Shown piece by piece: positions 41,231 through 53,724 of a stretch of DNA of 64,000 nucleotides. The stretch's first letter is position 1. Each line of letters opens with the position of its first letter. This stretch comes from Phoronis australis (taxonomy: Eukaryota > Animalia > Phoronida). Below the pieces are notes generated by a model. It saw nothing but the letters and a program-made list of their open reading frames with translations, was not told the origin of the DNA and ran no database searches. The translations under genes were made by a program, and so were the position numbers. The DNA lies in the NCBI GenBank assembly GCA_002633005.1, contig NMRA01000064.1:62001-126000 (forward strand). Reading direction: 5' to 3'.

Positions 41231-42899
41231 TAAAATTGGCATACAAGGTCAATGAAATCAATCACTTTTTGTGTAAGGTCTTTTTCACTGGCTCAAAAGC
41301 TTCAGTATTACCAAAGCTTTGGTCAATGGGAACACTTAACTTAAATCAAAGTTAACAGTGCCAGTTAACTCCAGAGTAGAAAGGTGGATTGAACAACAGA
41401 GGGAATACTTAACTTCAATGCCATCAGAGTTATAGGTAAGGATCACTGCTGCTGTTGGCTACTTTGAGCGGTTGACGTTTTAGTTTGTGTTTGGGCAGAG
41501 GGAGAGGTCCATGCCATTTTTATGGTAAGGACAAAAACACCAAAGATATGAATGAATGTCATATTAGCGCGAGCAAATGAAGATCAGAAAAGGCAGCTCC
41601 AAAAACCGTCGCTGGGGTGCTTTAAATGAATTATCTTTGCAAGGCTTCCGGTCTAAATTCTGTTGAAAAGTATAACAAAGTTCTGAATATCTGCGATTGT
41701 AAGCATTTCTATCCAGCTGAATTTGATTTTTTTAGTAAATTTTTGTTTAACTGTCAATGGAACTGGGCCATGGGCAGGTACCACTGTAAGTGTTATGTAC
41801 CATTGCCAACTTGGCCATCTACTTTCCCTTTTAATAAGAATAAGCCTGGCCATATTCACATGTTCCTATTGTATCTTAAGGGGCTTCAATTTATCACTGA
41901 ATTCTGTTTAACTTTAAATTCCTATTTTGGGTTTTGCCTACAACAATATTGAAAATAATGTGGGTCAATCAAATAGTTTTTCCGTTGAAACTGACTAAAC
42001 AAATGCACCCCTGGCAAAGTGTGAAAGTCGCTGCTGAAAAGCCAGCTCTAAACAAATTAATGATTAAAATCTTTTTGAAAATGAACTAATTTCCTTGTAC
42101 TGCATCAGTCTTATATTTTAATGGTTTTAATTATATTTCTGGGTTTACAGTTGGTGTAATTTGTGGATTTTGAGAAACTCAAATTTTAGCACTTTGGCTT
42201 CTACACAAAATGTTATACCATTGGATTTTCTTCTCTTGTATTTTATTTTAATGTCAATCATGTTTTCTATGAATTTAGAAAAATAGAGGGTCATCGGCTG
42301 TATTTTTGAGCTATTTTATCTATTAAACGTCATCACATAAGAAAATGCAAAAAGCGTTCCAAATTTAAACTCAAAATTATCGTCAATTTCAAGATCACGT
42401 TTACCTCAGCATTGCTCCACAAACATCATCATCTTATGGTGAATGGACCGAATCCTCCTTGCTACCACTAGCAAACAAATACAAAGGCGACCACAGGAAG
42501 TTGAAAAACCAGCCCATCAAAGGCAAAGTCATACCAGGTATACTCAAACCCTTTTGTAAGACTGGAAGAGTGGGGGCAATGATTTGTAATACACATTACC
42601 AATGACCGTATCTGCGACAGAAGGTCGTAACAGTTTCAGAGTGGATCTGCTAAATGAGAATGATTTTGTATGGCAGCCTGGCAAAAATCCGAAGTAGCCA
42701 TGCACTATTTTGAGAACACGCTAAAAAACACTAGAGGAAGTAAACAAATTATAATCAGAAAAAGGCAATCTCAGATGCTCAGTTTGACTGTTCTTCAATA
42801 GGGCCGTCGGTCCCGGATTACACAGCGATAGACCTCTCCTTTGTCTCAGACATAAGAAAGCGCATGACCTAGTTCTGGAAATCGGGCACGTTTCTGTGT

Positions 42900-43020
42900 C
42901 TCTTATTGCTGTCGGGAAGGGGAAGAATTTCAGATCACGCGTCCGCTGGTATTTGTCCAGTTTATCAAAAACTTTTTCACGTCGATGTTGCAGCCCACAA
43001 CACAGCAGTGATTCATCGTT
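42900..43020 (-). mobile_element. Possible THAP-domain transposon relic
   Basis: MNHCCVVGCN followed after a stop by FFPFPT, resembling a THAP N-terminus; no termini identified. Confidence 0.4.
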
Positions 43021-43839
43021 GGCAGTGGAAGGAAGAACAGTAATTTAATCGAGAAAAACGTGTAAAGAATCAGACAACAAATAACACGTGAAACTCCAGT
43101 GGCATGAAAACGAGGCAGCAAATGAGTCTGACGAACGTTTACGGCATTGCGGGTAAATACAACGAGATTCTTGTGTGGCTGTGTTATCTGGGACAGCCCT
43201 ATTATGGTAATCCTGTTTCTTCATTTTTGCCTGTTGCCAACTGCGCCGAGTCCAGGACTTTCTAATTCCTACATACAGGGTTTCCTAGTTTTGTCGAGCT
43301 TATGTTATGCTAAGCGTCAAGCCCCGAGTTACAAAAAATAATGCATTGAGCAGAGTAGGATACTCAGTTAACTGTACTGAACATGAAGGTTGAACCATCA
43401 GTTCAGTAAGACAGCATAATCAAAAATTGACGTAAGCAGTTGTGAAGAATCGACGTACAAGTGTCATACCAAAATGACAGCTTTGAACATAAATCTAAAT
43501 TTAAAACATTTATTAATAAGATAAAACACAACAATCACAGCAAAAAACTATGGAAAACAAAAAATTGAAATACTTTAACAAACCTCAGAGGGGCGTGCCA
43601 GTGTAGATAAACAAGCAATAAATTCAAATTCATTCATTGCCTTTCTAGAGTCTTCCATCAGTAGTATTCTCATTCCTTAGATTTGCACATCAGATACATA
43701 TAATGTCTGGCCATGCCTCAGGCAAATCCATCTTCCATAAGCGTATTTCCCAACATCCTGGCTCTACTATATCAGTAAGATGCATTAGCTGAAACGGTCA
43801 TTTGTCAGCTGGAATGTGCAACAGTTTCAGGCATACACA

Positions 43840-46800
43840 TCATGACACTCCTTTTTGTGCAGTTTCTTTGTCAAGTCTACTTTGCTGTAAACAGTGCTGT
43901 GCAGATTCAAAGCAAGGGTCTATCTTGAGGGCCTCCTGCATATCTTCTATTGCCAATCCAAAACGACCTGTAAGTAAATAGTAAATAATCATGAAAAATT
44001 ACTATCACCAGTGCAACTAGTTAAATTGAGAGCGATTGCATTTCACTTTATTGCATGCTTCTTCAATGCAGTGTTGGTTAAATGTTGTTCAGAAATCAGC
44101 GATCAAAAGACCTATGAAAATGACAGCAGCCATGATTATGCAGCCCATCTTTGTACACTTGTAAATAAGTTTATAAAACAATAAGTCGATGCTATCTTAA
44201 CCAGTGTGGCCAAGAACCAACTTGATTCAATGGTCAAAACTGCACACAAAAAACTGTTATAAAGCCACCACCAATCCTTGTGTAAAATTACTAACGTTTG
44301 ATTTAGTTCCTTTACACTTACAACTAATCTTAATTAATTAATTATATTCAGATTAGACGCGATTACTGGACTGTAGAACAACTTCAGTTCCTTATTCCTC
44401 ACAGACCATGTGTAGAGCCGAGTGTCATCCAATGAAGAACTTTCATTTCTTCCAGAGTCTAGAAATTGCACCAACTTAAGTAATGGGCAATTTGATACAA
44501 TTTTCACAGCGATAAGCAGTCTAAATCAAACGTTATGGTTTAGACAAGAGGCGGGTGCCTAGCAACTTCTTAATTATAATCTAAATTAAATGTGTTCTGT
44601 TAGAATACCTAGCCTGTAATGGATTAATCCCCTGTTATAGTACGTCACAGCTGTTTTCTGAACATTCAGTGCTTTGGTATAATCTTCTATGGCTTCGTCG
44701 AAGTCAACTTTCAAGTACTTCACTAGCCCTCGGCTGTTGTAGGCTTGACATAATAGGTCTCTGCAATAAGAAATTGATTTGAGTGAACAAACAATTTTCC
44801 CATGAAGATGAAATTGCTCCAATGCAATAACACTGCGAACCTATTTGAAAGTGGTCTGCAAAATAACACATAAAACTTGTATTCACCAAGTGTAAAACAA
44901 CAAGACAATAATTACTGTTAAAGATTCCAACGTAAATTGACTTAAACACATGACCCTCTAGAATAAGACTCAGTAGTGAGCCTGGTGTCATAACCACTTG
45001 GGTAATAGAACAATTACCCATGGGTGGGTGATTGAAGCAACCAAGAACCTTCGATTTGGCAAACCGAACTTTAGATTTAGATCACTTATGCTTATAAAAT
45101 TGGTCTCAACTTGTTTCTTAGTCAGAAGAGAAGTCATTTCTGGGCCTGCAGCTTGATATTCCTCAAGCCATGATCAATGCATAAAATGACACGCCATGAC
45201 AAGACATGTAAAGCCTGGTCTCAAGCAATAACGAACTGCCAGTTCATTCGCAGTCCCCAATTCACCTCTAAGGAACAGTACAAGACTTAATTCATCACTG
45301 CAAGTGAACTAAATCAAAATATAGGTCGATTTTAAATGTGAGTTTTTAGCCATTTTAAACAAAAATCACACAAGCAGGGGTACCATATAACCAACATGTA
45401 TGCTGCATACATTCTGTAGTAGGCCAGTGTCTTTTTGCTGTTTTGGCAATGTTGATTTTTGAGCTTTTCTGAATTGAAATCACACATAAATTTTGTCTGA
45501 TTCTTCACCAATCACAAGGAATCCTATTCACTAAAACAAACTTATTTTAAGCCTGTTCTGAAGTGTTAATCTTTCGAAAATGCAGTAGGTATTAATGCCA
45601 AGATTTGTGGGTTATTCGCCCGAGTCATTGATATCCTGAGTCTTTAACTGTCTCATATCCAGCATTAAAGTGTGGTAAACAACTTGGGGCCACTTGGTCA
45701 CACTTTTCACAGAGCTAAGGTAAAATCTGATTTGCAAGCAACTTTCTCTTGGTCAAAGGGTTTGGATGCTTGAGTCGCACACAATTAGTCTCAGTACTTT
45801 TTCCAACATTTGGCGCTCAACTAAGGTTAGACCAACAAAACTCTGCGATGTGAGTAGGGCTTCCATGCAGGTGGTGGCGGATCCACAGCACAGGGAGAGT
45901 GCCGCTGAGGGCAAATTCCAGGAGTGCAGGAGTGCTGGTAAGAGATCGATAGCCAGGAGGTGAGCCTGTTGCACAGAAAGAGCAGGAGGGTTGTATCATT
46001 TGACTCAGGTGTGACATATGATCAAATAAAGCCTCTCCAAATCGCTTGCCATGCACTGAATTGTGGTCGATTGGTTTAGATGCTATACATCGGAGATGCC
46101 GGGTTCAAGTGTCGGTCACTGGTGGATTTTTCAACATCTGGTACAAATATCAATTCCTTTTCCATCATTCCAATATTGGTCGCTGTTCCTTTCGCATAAC
46201 CTTAATGAAATACTAATCAAGCAAAAGCTTAGCATAGAAAAAACAACCAAGTCGAGTTGTAAACCTCACCATGGCATAACATTAATAAGTGGTTGGATAG
46301 ATGCCATGCATTGCACAGCTACGTGGGAGGCAATATCCTTAGTTGACAAGATTCCTGACAGCACGTTGCACATTGTTGTTGTGGCGCGTGACGGGTGAGA
46401 CACAGAGTCGTATAAAGCTATATCTGCAGCAACTGCGTCTTAGCCAAACAATTTGGATACTTGGCTTTTTTCACACAGGAAACACTGGTTCAAGTCTCAG
46501 CGTTAGCAGATTTGATGATAAAAGTGGAGTAAACGGGGTCCCTCTTCAAAATGGCTACATGGAACCAGTTTCACTGAATAACAGACATTGCCGTTATTCA
46601 GTGAAAACTGGTTCTCAACAGCTAATTTCAAGAGGGACCCGTTTACTCCACTTTTACCAATTCCTCTACATGGGTACATCATAGTAATACCAGGAACAAT
46701 TATCTCTTCCTGGTAATACTAAACAACAACAAAAGCCCTCTGCACCAGTCTGGTACACAACTTCAAGAATGGGATAGATATTACGCAACATCTATGAGCC

Positions 46801-47799
46801 CCTGCCAACCCCAGTCAGTGGTAAATTAATCCTGAATCTTAAACAGCTGATTGCTGACTGCTGATGACATTGACCTTGTTCAGGTGGCAGTAGACAGTGA
46901 CCACTGCCTCTCTGCTGGCACCATCCGTAGAGACAGTGAAGCTCCTATAGGCGCTTCATACACTGGAAGCTTTTCGGCGAATTATGCCTCGCACTGACTA
47001 AAACATCAAAGTCACGTTGTTATAAATACCTTTTGCACATAGAGAGACACCTTAGGAGGCCGTCGATGTATAATTCCTTCCAACTCGAACAAATATTCCT
47101 GTTATCAAACTTTTTCTTCGAACAGTCCCTCTTTCAGTTCCTAAAATCGATAACTCGACATTTTCACTCTGCGCATACCAGGGGATACGACGTCATACCA
47201 CCTGGTGGGTTACCAATTTTGGGAACTGAACAAAGGACTGCTCGAAGAAAAAGTTTGAAAACAGGAGTATGTGTAGTATCATAGTATGTGTTCCAGTTGG
47301 AAAGAATTATAAGTCGACGGCCTCCTAAGGTGTCCCTCTATGCGCAAAAGGTATCTATGACAACTTGACTTTGATGTTTCAGTCAGTGCGAGGCATAATT
47401 CGTCTGACTCTAAAAGCTTCTGGCATATGAAGCGCCTATACTAGGAGCGGCGGTGCCAGTAGGGCGGTGTTCACTAAGCCTTCTAAAGAGGCACTAGGCA
47501 ATGACCATCGCCTCAGTTGGCCCGAACCTGGTTCGGGCCAACAAAGGCGATGGTCATTGCCTGGCTAAGGTGGCACCTGACTTGAAGTCTTGATTCAAGA
47601 CTTGAAGACAAGGCCTGGGTCATGCAGTCACCAATCAATCAATAAATGAATAGTTGCAGGCAAACAGTAGCAACCTCTGGTCGCCGATGGGCTTTTGTCC
47701 ATTAATGCCGTTGATTATTGAGGAATATAAAGCCTCGGCTTCATCATATGACGCTGATTTTCGCAGCTGTTCGGCTTCAACAAACACGTCGTTCGCCAT
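43840..47799 (-). CDS. TTC32: Tetratricopeptide repeat protein 32
   Basis: Exons 47799-47675 (MANDVFVEAEQLRKSASYDEAEALYS..), 44760-44609 (DLLCQAYNSRGLVKYLKVDFDEAIEDYTKAL..YYNRGLIHYRLG), 43967-43840 (RFGLAIEDMQEALKIDPCF..TGA). Phases 2 and 1 are consistent. Motifs match vertebrate TTC32 as I recall it (EAEALYS, AYNNRG, VDFYEA, YYNRGLI.YRLG). Confidence 0.9.
46946..47440. mobile_element. ~500-bp foldback/MITE-like palindromic element in TTC32 intron 1
   Basis: TATAGGCGCTTCATA...TATGAAGCGCCTATA termini. Internal arms also pair (GAATTATGCCTCGCACTGACT / AGTCAGTGCGAGGCATAATTC; ACACCTTAGGAGGCCGTCGA / TCGACGGCCTCCTAAGGTGT) almost to the centre near 47190. Confidence 0.8.
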
Positions 47800-47895
47800 T
47801 TACTCTCACGTGTTAGGAGGTACATTCTGACTTCCGGTTGTTGTTATTTTGATTTCGTTTTTCGTTCTCACGGACGGAGATCGACCCATTTACAA
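47800..47895. promoter_or_regulatory. Bidirectional promoter region shared by TTC32 and GDE1
   Basis: 96 bp between divergent ATGs; locally CpG-rich; E-box CACGTG at 47807-47812 and ETS/GABP-type ACTTCCGGT at 47830-47838. Confidence 0.75.
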
Positions 47896-50800
47896 ATGTA
47901 TGGACACATGTTATTCACGAAGAGTATTCCTAGTGTTATTTTATTAACACTAGGTATTCAAATTCTGGTTCAAAATCTTGCTGTAGCTCTTTGCTCTTCA
48001 GCCTTTGTTCTTGCTTTCCTAAGATTTTATCGTCTTCCAAAGTCGGCGTCGGCGGTCAGTTCCTTCGCAGCTGCTGACAAGTCGACAAGTAAGGATAACG
48101 GAGAGGAAGATAAGCACTTTGTCATTGGTCATCGTGGTGCTGGGTTAGATGCACCAGAGAATACACTTGCTGCAATCAAATTGGTATGTTAGTGTCAGAA
48201 TTTAGACTGACACTGTTCTTGGTTTATTTCGTTTTATTATTGTTCTGTTTGTATTATTGATTGGCATGACCCCTGAGATCAGTACAGTGATGATGTAATT
48301 TGTTTATTAATATAGTGTGGAATTTTCTAAAAGACTCTAGCAGTTATTAATGCAGTCTGGAATATCCTAGTGACTAGTATATGTTTGTACAATGATTGCA
48401 TGGGAATTCCGGAAAGAATGTGCTTGAATTGTGAAAAGTTGTAGAACGTTACATGAGAGACTATAATTAAATACCCAGTCATGCCCAGTGTGGGACAATC
48501 AGTTAAGCAGTTAAAGCTTTGCTGTGAAGAGAATCAGCAAATACAGCGAGAGTCAATAGAAAGCCAGCTACTAGAGACAGCAGGTTAATGAATCACCACA
48601 AGACGAGTGTAACAGTTGCTGGAAGTGTCGCCCCTTGTTTTTAGACGTGTAATTTTTCTAAAAGTCCAGAGTTAAGAATTGCTTGTTGTAATGTTGATTG
48701 TTTCCATATGATTAATGATTACATTATAATCAAAGTACATGGCAAGTGCATCAATCTGCAGGCAAAATCTTGTGGAGCCCATGGTGTGGAAGTTGATTTG
48801 GCCATGACCAAAGATGGCGTGGCAGTTCTCTTGCATGATGACACAGTAGACCGTACTACAGATGGTAAAGGACGGATTAGTGACTACAGTCTGTGTGATG
48901 CCAGGAAATTGAATGCTGCTCACTACTTTGAAGGGTAGAGTTGTCTACAGTCATACGATTCAGTCCTTGTCATTCACTTTTTTCAGAATCATTTACAATC
49001 AGTATACCTAGTCTTACATACGGAATTTGCTTTTTTTATTTTTTGGTATCAGAACCAATTTCTTGTTATAGCAGAGAATTGAAAAGAAATGCACAATGAG
49101 AGCCTTGTGAAACTTTGTCAAGACAAGGAATTGAGCTTTAAGCACAGGACCACTGATTAAAGACCTTGACATGGTCAATTCCTTGTTTAGTGGATGATTA
49201 CGAATTTCCAGATTTCTTTTCTTTTCCAGTTCTAGTTAAGTAAAAGAGTATAATGTGTTGATTTGGCTTCTTGTTCCAGGAACAGATATTCGTTTGAAAA
49301 GATCCCTACACTAGAGGAAGCTGTCCAGGAATGTATCAAGTTGGATCTGATGCTCATCATTGATGTCAAGTCCTTGTCACAACAGGTGGCGCTGTAAAGC
49401 CTAACAAAATACTAGTTTCATTCACCAATGTGAAATTTATAAGAAATTGAGCTCAATCAATGCTGTTGGCACTGACAAAATTAAGTTTGTTTTCAGTCAT
49501 GCTTCGCAGATCTACGTTTTCAGTGAGGGAGGTTTAGGAATCGCGTGAATCCGAGGTGCATAGCACCGAGCATGGGAGGTCGGAGTTGGTTTCCCCCTTC
49601 CGTGTAAGATTTTTTTGTTTGTTGTAGCTGATTTCATTTTCTTGACAATGTTTTTTTTTAATTTTTATTTTTGACTCTGTCCCCCTGGTAGATCCGCCTC
49701 TGCTTGTGAAATGTGTTTTAAAACGTGTTTTCATTTAAGTCAAGGAATCTGTTTTGATTCTTGCGATTGTTACAATAGTGTTTTACCTGTTTGGCACACA
49801 ATGTGGCGTACAAGCAAAATTTTTATTTTGTCAAGTTTTCTCAAAAGATAAAGACTAAGAAACTTTTAGTCTGATAATAGCTTGGTTTGTTGTGTATAGT
49901 TGCCGTAACACAACAAGTGGTAAAGTTTTCAGTATTTGTTGCAAGGTAATCAGAGATAGGAAAATAGAAAAACAACGATTTTGGTAATTGTATTTGTACA
50001 ATATAAGTGAATATTATAGTATATTTTTATCCTGTTTTTCGTGAATTAATTTCACAAACTAGCAATCTTTGTATCTGAACTCTTTTCACTTATGTTCTAC
50101 TGGTGAGGAAGGCAGTCAAAACAAGAACATTCCACCTTTTTATTTTATTTATGGACTTTAATGATTTTTATGGAAAAAATAAAAGTGGCATAAACTCAAA
50201 ATGAAATGATAATTTAAAATTTATAACAGCGTTTTGGAGATTTCATCTTGTACATTTAAGTCGAGCAAAATTTGGTCACATTATTGATACCATTATTGAT
50301 ACTATTATTGATACCGTTATTGATGCCTTTATTGATACCATTATTGATACCGTTATTTTATTGTGGATGTACCTTTCTTTTATGTTAAATTTTACAAAAA
50401 AACATAGTCCTGCGATCATATATACATAATTATACTGAATTAAAATCTATGGTTTTGCAAATATTCGAACACCAGCTGAGTTGACAGTGAAATTAGACAC
50501 AATTTATTTCATTCTTTGGCATTTTGAGATATTGGACATTTTGAGTAGCCCACCGCTCAGTAGTAGCTGTTTATGCAAATAAATTTTGAACTGACTCTTG
50601 TCACTTTCCTGCTTTCAGGCAGTCAATGTGTTGGTTGGCCTCTATCACAGGAATCCACAACTTTACAAAAATGGCGTTGTTAGTTCCTTCTTTCCTCAAG
50701 TTATATACAAGGTACTGTGTATGTGTGGTGTCAAGTTATATACAAGATACTGTGTAGGTGTGGTCTCAAGTTATATACAAGGTACTGTGTAGGTGTGGTC

Positions 50801-53724
50801 TCAAGTTATATACAAGGTACTGTGTAGGTGTGGTCTCAAGTTATATACAAGGTACTGTGTAGGTGTGGTCTCAAGTTATATACAAGGTACTGTGTAGGTG
50901 TGGTCTCAAGTTATATACAAGGTACTGTGTAGGTGTGGTCTCAAGTTATATACAAGGTACTGTGTAGGTGTGGTCTCAAGTTATATACAAGGTACTGTGT
51001 AGGTGTGGTCTCAAGTTATATACAAGGTACTGTGTAGGTGTGGTCTCAAGTTATATACAAGGTACTGTGTAGGTGTGGTCTCAAGTTATATACAAGGTAC
51101 TGTGTAGGTGTGGTCTCAAGTTATATACAAGGTACTGTGTAGGTGTGGTCTCAAGTTATATACAAGGTACTGTGTAGGTGTGGTCTCAAGTTATATACAA
51201 GGTACTGTGTAGGTGTGGTCTCAAGTTATATACAAGGTACTGTGTAGGTGTGGTCTCAAGTTATATACAAGGTACTGTGTAGGTGTGGTCTCAAGTTATA
51301 TACAAGGTACTGTGTAGGTGTGGTCTCAAGTTATATACAAGGTACTGTGTAGGTGTGGTCTCAAGTTATATACAAGGTACTGTGTAGGTGTGGTCTCAAG
51401 TTATATACAAGGTACTGTGTAGGTGTGGTCTCAAGTTATATACAAGGTACTGTGTAGGTGTGGTCTCAAGTTATATACAAGGTACTGTGTAGGTGTGGTC
51501 TCAAGTTATATACAAGGTACTGTGTATGTGAGGGGAAGTTGAATATTTCACTTCAGTTATATGTAGCTTATATTTCATTTGCCTTGGATTTATACTTGAC
51601 ATCCATTTGAGGTGTTCTTTCTTTGTAAACAAACAAATTCATTGCTGGTAGTGTGATTGAATGATCACAACTGGTTTTGTTAATGTCACTTGATGCGTCA
51701 TTTTTAAACATTTCACATATAGCGGCAAGGTTAGATTTTTTGATATGTTGAGTAATTGTAAAAACTTAAAGGGTGAAATTGAAATTATTTTTAATCTGAA
51801 TTAGAGTACAATGTTCTAAATGTTATCTTTACTACGTTTACCTTTGGTACAATGCTTTTGTTGATGAGGCTTTAAAGTATAGATTGTTTTTTAACAAAAA
51901 ACATTCATTTAAAAGTTAAAATTTTGAATCAATAAAATTGTCATTTTCAAATTATTGAATATAAATATATTCTGTCAAGGTTGTACGAAATGAATTAAAA
52001 TTTGAAAATTATTCACGTCCTCCAAAAAACTTTCAAGCAATACACAGGACTTGGTCATGTGATTGAAAGATAATACAAACTGTCACTATCAGTCTTACAC
52101 TCACCTGAGGCAGATGCTTGGGTAAGTGTATTTTAAATACTGTATTTATTTGTGGAGGTGACTTTTCTGTTATGTTTTTCAAGTTGAGTTCTATTCCGAG
52201 TTGTGCACGATATAACAGCGTTACATACATTTTGTCTTTACTAGGTAAAAAAGGCCGACCCAATGGTGGTTACTTCATTAGCATTTCGCCAAAACGTCAT
52301 GACATTTGACATTGATGGTGAACAGCGACAATATCCCTGGCATATACGTTTCATAGTACCAATACTAGATTTAGTGCATGAGTGGTCCCTGTATACTTGG
52401 CTTTGCTATTTATGTGGGAACAACATTCTTGTCTGCTACTCCACCATGATTTCAAGGTAAGAGTTTCAACTTTTACCCAAATCCATCATTTTTTATTACC
52501 AGGTGAAACGTGCAGACAGTAAAATCAAAACTTCATTGGCTTATCATTCCCATTTGTTGGAGAAAAGGGGTGATGGTTCAATACGCAACGAAGAATTATG
52601 GAAACGGGTTGTAGCCCCAGCTGGTGATATTGTGTACGAGTGGGCTATTTACTCAGTTCTCTGGTTTTTCTGTGGAATCTCTCATGTAGTGGCTTACAAA
52701 AATATGGTGTCTAGGTAAGGAGTCTACTTATTATTTTCATGCTCAATATTTTGTAATTTGTCTTTTATTATTTTCTAAGAGTGTTGCAGTAAAATTCACC
52801 CAATATGGAAGACAAATGAAATTTCATTTTTACAATATTCAAGCTCTGCATCATAGTTATCATCAAAAAATATTTTGAAAATTTGTGAGCATTCACAGCC
52901 ATGTTAGAAGCCGGCCTTGAAAATTTAAAAAGGCAAATTTGGCATTCTTTTTGTCCAGAACTGGCAATATTTATTGTGGTTTAACTAAGAAAGTGTGCAA
53001 CTGTTCAATTTTATTACATTCTGAAATCCTGGAATAAAATTTTGAAGCCTTTTTATTTTTATTTATTTATTTATGTAAATTTCTTTTAAAAGACTGGGTG
53101 ATCACTTCAGTGTATCCACTGATTTTCAAGTGAGCCCAGTTGGAAATAATTACATGAAGTAAAATACAGAGTTATGTACACTTAGACTGAAAATATTAAT
53201 AAATAAAATAAATTAGTATGAAAATTAGTTAATATGTACAATTAGATGAATAAATAAGATATAATAGATGAGCTGAGGCCTACAGTCCCGAGAACCGCGC
53301 ACAAAGTCCCAGTATTTCTGTTTGGAGACGTGGACTTGATGGCAGTCCCCAGCCCGTTCTATGCGATAGCACCTCTGTAGACAAGTTATTTTACCTTAGT
53401 TGTTTTTAAATAGCATTGCAACAATTTCCCGAATAATCTTTTGCTAATACAGTGTTAGAAAACTGCAAGAACTTGGATGGCCAACTGCAGGTAATTGTAG
53501 TAACTTGACTTGTGTTAATTTTGGATCATGCAAGAATATACTATCAGATAACTCCATTGATCATCTATTATCTGTTTGGTTTCAGAGATTTTGTGGACTA
53601 CTGGAGAAGACGTGGTATCGAAGTTATTCCATGGGGTGTGAACACGGAAGATGAGAAACGATTCTTTGGAAACACATTGGGAATATCGTACATGACGGAC
53701 ATTATGGAGGGGCATCCACAGTGA
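47896..53724 (+). CDS. GDE1: Glycerophosphodiester phosphodiesterase 1 (GDE1/MIR16)
   Basis: Exons 47896-48183, 48762-48934, 49280-49385, 50619-50711, [52245-52456 or 52503-52714], 53586-53724. N-terminal hydrophobic segment; GDPD motifs IGHRGAGLDAPENTLAA, GVEVDL..TKDGV.VLLHDDTVDRTTDG, EKIPTLEEAV, SSFFPQVIYK, W..RGIEVIPWGVN..EK..LGISYMTD. Confidence 0.93.
50695..51530. repeat. 35-bp minisatellite, about 24 copies, spanning the GDE1 exon 4 donor
   Basis: Unit TCAAGTTATATACAAGGTACTGTGTAGGTGTGGTC; internal copies are identical. Confidence 0.97.
52245..52456 (+). CDS. GDE1: GDE1 alternative exon 5a (predicted mutually exclusive)
   Basis: ttactAG|GTA...TCAAG|GTAAGA; 212 nt, phase 0 to 2, open frame VKKADPMVVTSLAF..EWSLYTWLCYLCG..MISR. 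Confidence 0.88.
52503..52714 (+). CDS. GDE1: GDE1 alternative exon 5b (predicted mutually exclusive)
   Basis: taccAG|GTG...TCTAG|GTAAGG; 212 nt, phase 0 to 2, open frame VKRADSKIKTSLAY..EWAIYSVLWFFCG..MVSR. Confidence 0.88.
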
